Virus record (IMG/VR): IMGVR_UViG_3300017991_005548
Coordinates: 232,328-296,327 of that record
Length of the DNA stretch: 64,000 nt
Strand: one strand, 5' to 3'
Shown here: piece after piece, positions 57,590 to 64,000 of the stretch
Layout of the letters: the number at the start of each line of letters is the position of its first letter
Position numbering within the stretch: the first letter of the stretch is position 1
Translations under genes and position numbers: made by a program
Notes under the pieces: model-generated
What the model saw: only the letters and a program-made list of their open reading frames with translations
What the model was told of the DNA's origin: nothing
Databases searched by the model: none

Positions 57590-58296
57590 TAATACCACCT
57601 AAATACATCTATCATTTCTGATACATGATCAAATTGATAATTGTTATCTTCTGCACTAACACTTATATCACTAGCACCACTAGCGATTTCAATCATTCGT
57701 CTTATTTGGCTTCTTGTTGGCTTCCGATACCAATCAAAGCTAACATAATCCCCAGAAGGAGCATGCATTCTAATGGCTCCTGTCGCATACATAAACTGTC
57801 TCATCCCCATTGTCCCACCACTTAACTCATCAATATCCTGGGTAATCTCCCTATGATCAACATCTCTATTGTGACCAGTATAACTCATACTAAGGAGATC
57901 ACCATCTCTCATGATATATCCAGCTAGATTTGGATACTCAGTTCTAGGCCAAGCATCTATAGCATTCTCAATTTTTATTTGAAATGACTCATCAGATTTA
58001 GCTCTTTCCAAGATGTCTTGCTCCATCTGCTGTTCTTTTTCGTATTCCTTATTTCTTCTGTCAATTTCTTTCAAGGCAGGCGCTGTCAATATTTTTATTC
58101 GCTCAGAAAGTTCGTTAAGATATGATCGCATTTTTTCGACACGATTATTAAGAGTTGCTTCATCAAGATCTTTACGTTTCAGAATGTCAAGAAACTTTCC
58201 ACTTATATTGGTTTGCTGTTCTTTCAAAGCCTGATATTCTTCCCAGTCTTGATCTGACATGTAGGGTTTTAAACTGGCGACTCGTATTAATCTCAT
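57589..58296 (-). CDS. coiled-coil plus AGYI..DG..L...DHREI...GAIR domain protein
   Basis: C-terminal pattern recalled from large phage polyvalent proteins (not verified). Confidence 0.6.
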   Translation of the reverse strand: MRLIRVASLKPYMSDQDWEEYQALKEQQTNISGKFLDILKRKDLDEATLNNRVEKMRSYLNELSERIKILTAPALKEIDRRNKEYEKEQQMEQDILERAKSDESFQIKIENAIDAWPRTEYPNLAGYIMRDGDLLSMSYTGHNRDVDHREITQDIDELSGGTMGMRQFMYATGAIRMHAPSGDYVSFDWYRKPTRSQIRRMIEIASGASDISVSAEDNNYQFDHVSEMIDVFRWY

Positions 58297-58297
58297 T

Positions 58298-58891
58298 TTA
58301 GAACTTGCTCCTTTTGATCATCTGCTCTCTTCGAAATTCCTCATGATCATTATGTCGTTCCATGTTCTTAATCTCTTCTTGTATTTCCCTAAAAGCCTTT
58401 TCAGCTTCTGCTCTAGCTTTTTCCTTGGCTTCCCTCTCTCTTTCCATATCAGCTTTTCTTTCAGACTCAACTTTTCTTTGCATAGCTTCTCTTCGCTTCG
58501 CTTCAGCCTTTATCCTTGCATCATCAAATTCGTTGTCAATTTCGTTGTCAATTTCGTCCTGAATAACTTCAATAGGATTTTTTTCAATCCTAACAACGAT
58601 ATTGCGATCACCTTCATCAAACATTCTTTGGACCCGAATTTTCAAGACCTTAAGTTCTATTTGTTGAGCTTTGATTTTTTCGTCTTGCTCTTTAAGAATT
58701 TGCCACTGAGAATCATCGTCATTAATCTTTTGCTTTATAAGCCTCAATTCAGTTTGATTACTTTGAATCGTTTCAATGTGTTTTTGAACCATTTCAAAAT
58801 ACTGAGCACCTATGAAACCAAGAAGCGCAAGAGTCAAAGAACCAATTGTACTCCAAACAGCAATAGTCTTTTTTGTAATCTCTATATTCAT
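58298..58891 (-). CDS. membrane-anchored coiled-coil protein
   Basis: N-terminal TM segment IAVWSTIGSLTLALLGFIGA followed by a charged coiled coil. Confidence 0.7.
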   Translation of the reverse strand: MNIEITKKTIAVWSTIGSLTLALLGFIGAQYFEMVQKHIETIQSNQTELRLIKQKINDDDSQWQILKEQDEKIKAQQIELKVLKIRVQRMFDEGDRNIVVRIEKNPIEVIQDEIDNEIDNEFDDARIKAEAKRREAMQRKVESERKADMEREREAKEKARAEAEKAFREIQEEIKNMERHNDHEEFRREQMIKRSKF

Positions 58892-61800
58892 TCTTCTTCA
58901 ATAAACCCATTCTCTATAGCGTAGTCAGAACCTCGAACGATGTAAGTTTGGCCTCCACCCTTGATAAACTCAACTGATTGCGGATAAACCCGTCTATAAG
59001 CCAATCTAAGCAATGCAGGATCAAGTTCGTTAACATCTACATCAGACAACGCCTCTTTAGCAATCTGGGACGCTTTTTGTAAATCATAAAGAGTCATATA
59101 TGCTCTCACAGGTGCATAATCACCTTGCTCTCTACCTTCATAAGGTCTTTGAACTCTTCTTTGAGCATTCATGATTCTAAAACTACCATCTTGTTTTTTA
59201 AATCCGATTGTGAATCTTCTGGTTCCAAATCCCTCAATGATTCCTTCTACTTCCATAGCATCAATCAATTGGGGGGCTTGTCCGAATACTTTTCTTTTGT
59301 GTCTATCATACCAACTTTGTGACATTTTGTTCTCCTCATCATAAGTAAAATCAAATTCTAACTGGTTGTCGTCAGGTTGATGGCCTATATCTTGCCAAGC
59401 TTCTTTTTCACTTAGATCAATATTTAATTCTTGAGCCTTCTCTCTCAACGCATTTATAACTTCCCTATCTTCTCTAAATACTAGAGGAATGAAGTTAAGT
59501 GATCGTTCTATATCTGAATTCATATATCCAAAATACATATTTTTTAACTTATCATATTGCTCTTGGAATTTATCAGGGTACATCCTATAAGCTTCATTAA
59601 TGAATTGTGATTGCTTGTAAAAGTCAGAATAGCTATAAATTCTATAATCTTCATTAACTATTGTCTGCATAATAGGAATCATTAATTCAGCTAACCTTGG
59701 GTCAACTGAACTTAACTCTTTCCCTGTGAGAGGAGTCGAATTCCTATATCCCCCCATCCATGCCCTACAAATAACTTCTGCGGTGTGTTTCATCAATTCA
59801 GGATCATTGATTACGAAATTAGGCACACGACCAAATATTGCCTTCGTTTTCTCAACATCTCCAACACTTTGCCAATATTGAGAAACATGTCGTTTATATG
59901 ATGCTTTTGCATTAGCCAAAGCTTTGTCATAGAAATGTTCGTCATCCTTATATCTCTCTACAGAAGAATCAAATTGTATGAGTCCTTCCATGTCGGAAAA
60001 ACCCAAACGCTGAACTATATTTGCTTTGGTAGCCTCATGATAGAACTCTTCTTGCATTCTGATCTTCTCAGGAGCAGTATCATACACCTTAGGGCTAACG
60101 TCCCAAAGATATTGTTTCCAATCATCCAAAGTGCCTATTCTGGCTTTTACAATATCTGGATCTTCTCTAAGATGATAAGGGACTTTTTCGAATTCATATG
60201 GCCTTTTCTGCATCCATTCGATCCAATATTGACGAAACATCTCTTCATATTTCTCTACTAATTTCTCATCATCTTCACTTTCATATAATTCATGTTCATC
60301 TCTCATTTCTTCTACAATGTCAAGCATGTAATGAATGTTCTCAGGTTTCTCTTCTATGTATTGATCAATAAACCTGATAATAAAAGCCTTGTTGTTCTCA
60401 ATGAAATTAGAATGAGAATTTATGACCTTAAACCACTCTTCTTCAAGTATAAGGTCTGGATCTGATATGATGGCTCTTTGCAATATTTCGTCATCAACTT
60501 GTTCAAGAATCTTCTCGTAAAAATAATCAAGATGACGTTCACTATATATGTAATGTTTTGCTTCCGTAAAGTTGTCAAAGTCTTGTAAAGTGTAATTAAC
60601 CCAAGCACTGACATACCAATTGTCATCATCATCTGCATAATCACTATAGAGATATTCGGCAATTTCACTTGGAGCCTCATTGATTTTGGTTGGATCTTCA
60701 TATATTTCGTCATTCCAAGCGTTTTCCCACTCGGAACGACAATCTGTGTAGTCATCCCAGTCAGCGAGGTACGTATTCTCACGTAAAAAACTTTCTACCT
60801 CTTCATAACGATCCTTAGGATCTACAGTTACATAACTATGCCAATAATCTGCAAGATTACTTTTGATATGATCAATAAAAGTTTCGTCATAGAATGAATC
60901 TGGCAATTCCTTATCTTCTAAATAATCTTCATGTTCTGGGTCCTTGTCTTTCTTGTACATTTCATCTAACTGTTCTTGACTCAGATCGACAAGTTCTTCA
61001 AATCTATACTCGTCATCATATGGCCCAGAAGAACCATCATAAAAATGATTATTAAGTATGTCACCTGGATTCTCATTTCCTTCCTCAATCGTTTCAAAAT
61101 CAAGTATGGCTTCATAAGCTTGGTCTTCCCTTGCTTTTTGAATTATCTCCTGATCCATGAATTTTTCAACCTTATAATGAATCAAAGCACCTACCCATGG
61201 TTTTTCTTTCACATATGGTTCAAGAAAACGGGCATAAGCCATCGCATATGGTTCAAGGTTAAAGAAACTGTGTTTAGTTTCCCCTGCCAATCCAGATAGG
61301 ACAGGTACATGGGATTTGGGGGCATTGATAAAAGAGTTATACACACTATCTAAACTCTTTTTATCCAACCTTGGCTTAATTTCTTGGGGACATTCATTGT
61401 ATAAGCTGGGAGCAGAAGTCCAAAAATTAGGTGGTTTCAGTTCAGCATTTTGTATTTTAGTGTTCCAATACAAAGCGGCAAGATCTAAAAACTCTGGTTG
61501 TTTTTGCCGTTCTCTAGAAAGCATCTCAAAAGTTTCTGGCTTCTCCAAAAACTCTACCTTAAACTCATCAATGAAATTTGGATCATTATCTAATCTGTCA
61601 TTCAGTAATTTCGCATCCAAAAGTTGTTTGTAATGATGAGACTCTTTATCAAATCCTTTTTTATCAATAAGCTTGAGTATCTCTTCCCAATAATCAAATG
61701 GTCTTTTATTATGGTCACCTTGAATTTCTTGAATACGATCCCCTTCAAAACGAATAGCGACTCTAGCTTCTTTGTCTTTTATTAAAAGCCAAAAGTCACC

Positions 61801-62553
61801 TTTAGAAAGATAAGGTCTTGCCATACTATCTCCAGTACACCATCCTCTTGGTACACTAAGGTTCTTCAGCTTTTGGACATTCTCATCAAAGTTATCTGGA
61901 TCATTTTTCGCTGAAGGTATTCTAATCCAGCCATCCTCTTCATCCGTTTGAAATTTTTCCAAGTCCTGTGATTCAACTTTAGTCAACGCCCTTTTATACG
62001 CCTTCATAATATTAATGGGGCCAGTGTCATCACCAACATCCCCAAAAACATTAGCAAGGGCCAAAGCATTATGACCGATGATTGGTCTTCTTGTATCAGA
62101 AGGAGAAGAGTCAAAAAGTGGTTTTAGAACCATGTAAATGAATGCTGGGCGTTTGGCATACTCGTCATTCTCTTTTGTCATGTAATTCCACCAAAGCTCA
62201 AAGGCTTCTTTCTTTCTCTTGTTAATGGGTTCAATGATTGCATCTTTTGCAGACTGAACATCTCTCTTTACCAACCTTGCCGCCCTTTGGACATCAGGAT
62301 TATCCATGTTTCTCTCAAATTCTCTTTCGAGATCAATATCTTTAATGAAATGATTGCTTTCACTTTTCGGATCGAAAGCTTCCTTCACTTTGGGTAAAAG
62401 AGTCCCACTAATAAAGTTATTGATGTCTTCCTGGGATTTTATCTGATTCCAAGGGACAAGATTCTCATACTTCCTAATAAAAGTTTTTAGATAAGGATCG
62501 TCTATTTTGTAACGAATTATCTTATCTCTCGCTGATGCAAATATAAATTTCAT
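58888..62553 (-). CDS. 1221-aa protein: GWCT...GDF...RVAIR domain, DUF4116-like repeats, C-terminal WYL/Sm-like domain
   Basis: GWCTGDSMARPYLSKGDFW...RVAIRFEG..IQEIQG; VPYHLRED, IPLVFRED; FTIGFKKQDGSFRIMNA...YDLQK..YRRV. Confidence 0.7.
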   Translation of the reverse strand: MKFIFASARDKIIRYKIDDPYLKTFIRKYENLVPWNQIKSQEDINNFISGTLLPKVKEAFDPKSESNHFIKDIDLEREFERNMDNPDVQRAARLVKRDVQSAKDAIIEPINKRKKEAFELWWNYMTKENDEYAKRPAFIYMVLKPLFDSSPSDTRRPIIGHNALALANVFGDVGDDTGPINIMKAYKRALTKVESQDLEKFQTDEEDGWIRIPSAKNDPDNFDENVQKLKNLSVPRGWCTGDSMARPYLSKGDFWLLIKDKEARVAIRFEGDRIQEIQGDHNKRPFDYWEEILKLIDKKGFDKESHHYKQLLDAKLLNDRLDNDPNFIDEFKVEFLEKPETFEMLSRERQKQPEFLDLAALYWNTKIQNAELKPPNFWTSAPSLYNECPQEIKPRLDKKSLDSVYNSFINAPKSHVPVLSGLAGETKHSFFNLEPYAMAYARFLEPYVKEKPWVGALIHYKVEKFMDQEIIQKAREDQAYEAILDFETIEEGNENPGDILNNHFYDGSSGPYDDEYRFEELVDLSQEQLDEMYKKDKDPEHEDYLEDKELPDSFYDETFIDHIKSNLADYWHSYVTVDPKDRYEEVESFLRENTYLADWDDYTDCRSEWENAWNDEIYEDPTKINEAPSEIAEYLYSDYADDDDNWYVSAWVNYTLQDFDNFTEAKHYIYSERHLDYFYEKILEQVDDEILQRAIISDPDLILEEEWFKVINSHSNFIENNKAFIIRFIDQYIEEKPENIHYMLDIVEEMRDEHELYESEDDEKLVEKYEEMFRQYWIEWMQKRPYEFEKVPYHLREDPDIVKARIGTLDDWKQYLWDVSPKVYDTAPEKIRMQEEFYHEATKANIVQRLGFSDMEGLIQFDSSVERYKDDEHFYDKALANAKASYKRHVSQYWQSVGDVEKTKAIFGRVPNFVINDPELMKHTAEVICRAWMGGYRNSTPLTGKELSSVDPRLAELMIPIMQTIVNEDYRIYSYSDFYKQSQFINEAYRMYPDKFQEQYDKLKNMYFGYMNSDIERSLNFIPLVFREDREVINALREKAQELNIDLSEKEAWQDIGHQPDDNQLEFDFTYDEENKMSQSWYDRHKRKVFGQAPQLIDAMEVEGIIEGFGTRRFTIGFKKQDGSFRIMNAQRRVQRPYEGREQGDYAPVRAYMTLYDLQKASQIAKEALSDVDVNELDPALLRLAYRRVYPQSVEFIKGGGQTYIVRGSDYAIENGFIEEE

Positions 62554-63287
62554 GGGCGTTGTCCTTTTAAAAAATTATAAAGCATTTGATTAATACCATC
62601 TATGGTTACCTGTTCAGGTGGCATCTTCGCAACTAATCTTTTCATATACATTATATACGAACCTATGTAATCTCTACTGTTATACATGGCCCCCTGAGTA
62701 TCGCTAATTTGGAAATCGAATCCATACTTATTCAAATAAAACATAGTCTTCATTCTGGCAAACTTATTGGCAGTTTGCTCTATCCACATTAGTCTGTCAA
62801 TATCTTCTTCAAGCTGGGCTGGGTCATTGGTATAAATTGACATTGCAAAGTCATCACCATATTTACGGTATTGGTAAAAGTGAGCTAGTTCATGAAACAA
62901 AACAAACATCAGGTCGGAAGGATATTTCTTTAATACTGAGTTATCTATGACACATTGACCATGCATGGCGATCCCTTGTGCTCCAGTTAACTCCTCAAAA
63001 ACGTAAGGGACTCCGATAGCATCAATTTCATTGGAAATATCATGTGCCCAATTAGTTGCCATGTTTCCTGCTTTTAAATCAAGTTCCCCACAAACAACTT
63101 TCAATGCTATCTCATAAGCTTCTACAGTTTTCCCACCATACTCTTCCATTTCCTCATACACTTCTTTCTTGATCTCTTTGTCATCATTCAGTAACTTATG
63201 AGAAATATGGAGATATAAAGACCTTTCGATTTTATTGAAAGTGTCTGCCCCTGCAACAACAGTCTTACTGGTTTTGATTAATTTCAT
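62550..63287 (-). CDS. HExxH metallopeptidase-like protein
   Basis: FVLFHELAHFYQY with downstream E (WIEQTAN). Confidence 0.75.
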   Translation of the reverse strand: MKLIKTSKTVVAGADTFNKIERSLYLHISHKLLNDDKEIKKEVYEEMEEYGGKTVEAYEIALKVVCGELDLKAGNMATNWAHDISNEIDAIGVPYVFEELTGAQGIAMHGQCVIDNSVLKKYPSDLMFVLFHELAHFYQYRKYGDDFAMSIYTNDPAQLEEDIDRLMWIEQTANKFARMKTMFYLNKYGFDFQISDTQGAMYNSRDYIGSYIMYMKRLVAKMPPEQVTIDGINQMLYNFLKGQRP

Positions 63288-63303
63288 AGGTACACCTTAG
63301 TTG

Positions 63304-63323
63304 TTCTAGAATTAATTCTAGAA
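63304..63323. promoter_or_regulatory. perfect 20-bp palindrome TTCTAGAATTAATTCTAGAA
   Basis: Directly upstream of the 63287 start; near-copy at 44055-44072. Confidence 0.65.
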
Positions 63324-63365
63324 ACTATTAGCGGATACCTGTAGAAACCCCTGTCAAGAAATGAA

Positions 63366-63518
63366 TTATCTTGAAACTTTGAATTCAACTTTACAACCAA
63401 GATGCTTTTGAACAATTTCACGTTGTTCTTTACTAATTGGTTGAGAAGTATAAATAATTACCAGATCATCTGAAACACTAAATCGGACAACTCCAATTTC
63501 TAAAAGACAATCCTTCAT
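63366..63518 (-). CDS. small hypothetical protein (50 aa, below the ORF-track cutoff)
   Basis: ATGA overlap with the upstream stop; MKDCLLEIGVVRFSVSDDLVIIYTSQPISKEQREIVQKHLGCKVEFKVSR. Confidence 0.55.
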   Translation of the reverse strand: MKDCLLEIGVVRFSVSDDLVIIYTSQPISKEQREIVQKHLGCKVEFKVSR

Positions 63519-64000
63519 GGCATACCCTCTTCTATTTGTAGGTAAAACTCATGGAACCAAATGAGTAGTGTCTCCTTCAAACCATCCATATTCTTCAGAC
63601 GAATCCCTTGAATTTCACCTGAATCAACTGGCTTTTCGAAAACATAGGTTCCATCATGACAATCAAGTATACGAAACAAAGTTGTTTCATGATGGTCACT
63701 GCTTTCTATTTTGAAAACGTAACGGAATGAGTCATTATGAAGAACGTATGGCTCGATATGACGATTATCTTGCAAGTTCTTCATTTTTTTGAATGCAATG
63801 AGGAATTGCTGTACTGCAAAGACAGTGTCCTCAAGAATAGTTGTGACATCCTCATCTCTGGTAAGTATATTGTGCAAGAACTCACGAGCTTTTGCAACCT
63901 CGTTCCAATCCATATGCAGGATATAGAATAAATCCCGCGTGAAATGATCTGTCATTGTCGTATCCACTGAAGAATCTCCAATGGGGTGGGTGTGATTCAA
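63515..64000 (-). CDS. hypothetical protein, 5'-truncated by the window edge
   Basis: Frame is open to the end of the window. Confidence 0.6.
   Translation of the reverse strand: MNHTHPIGDSSVDTTMTDHFTRDLFYILHMDWNEVAKAREFLHNILTRDEDVTTILEDTVFAVQQFLIAFKKMKNLQDNRHIEPYVLHNDSFRYVFKIESSDHHETTLFRILDCHDGTYVFEKPVDSGEIQGIRLKNMDGLKETLLIWFHEFYLQIEEGMP

Noticed and set aside
63329-63357. Perfect TTGACA on the minus strand upstream of the 63287 gene
   Set aside because: No acceptable -10 box at 16-18 bp spacing
1-64000. Stop-codon reassignment as in some jumbo phages
   Set aside because: Conserved enzymes are full length in code 11, and TAG and TGA end genes that are directly followed by the next start (e.g. 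4120, 63515)
1-64000. Eukaryotic giant virus or cellular chromosome origin
   Set aside because: SD motifs, a sigma70 promoter, a lipobox protein, terminase and phage lysozyme, with no NCLDV core or housekeeping operons; a prophage or archaeal host is not formally excluded

Overview
AT-rich, densely coding segment of what is most likely an uncultured jumbo tailed phage. It uses the standard bacterial code with Shine-Dalgarno motifs and sigma70-like promoters, and I recognised no rRNA, tRNA or CRISPR array. The left third holds a terminase large subunit, acidic scaffold-like proteins, a trypsin-like protease, an HExxH/nucleotidyltransferase fusion, an intein-split class II ribonucleotide reductase, a lone ABC-type ATPase and a lysozyme. 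After the lysozyme comes an AT-rich gap with four phased 7-3-7 palindromes (candidate origin or operator), then a vWA operon and clpP. The centre (22.5-56 kb) encodes probable fibre or virion-surface proteins. Six of them carry serine tracts, including a 4276-aa protein with about 3000 aa of S/E/Q repeats punctuated by small Cys-bounded domains. A subtilisin, a papain-like protein and a truncated UDP-sugar dehydrogenase sit in or next to this block. Two patterns stand out. (1) A family of serine-rich, probably modified giant fibre proteins shares G[FY]SES motifs and exchanged cassettes. (2) A recurring [KR]-x-[AS]-Q / NWY[KS]E[AS] / M[KR]xI[KR]x[AS] motif marks N-termini and domain boundaries of at least ten unrelated proteins and may be a head-targeting or proteolytic-processing signal. 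Family assignments come from motif recognition only; no searches were run.
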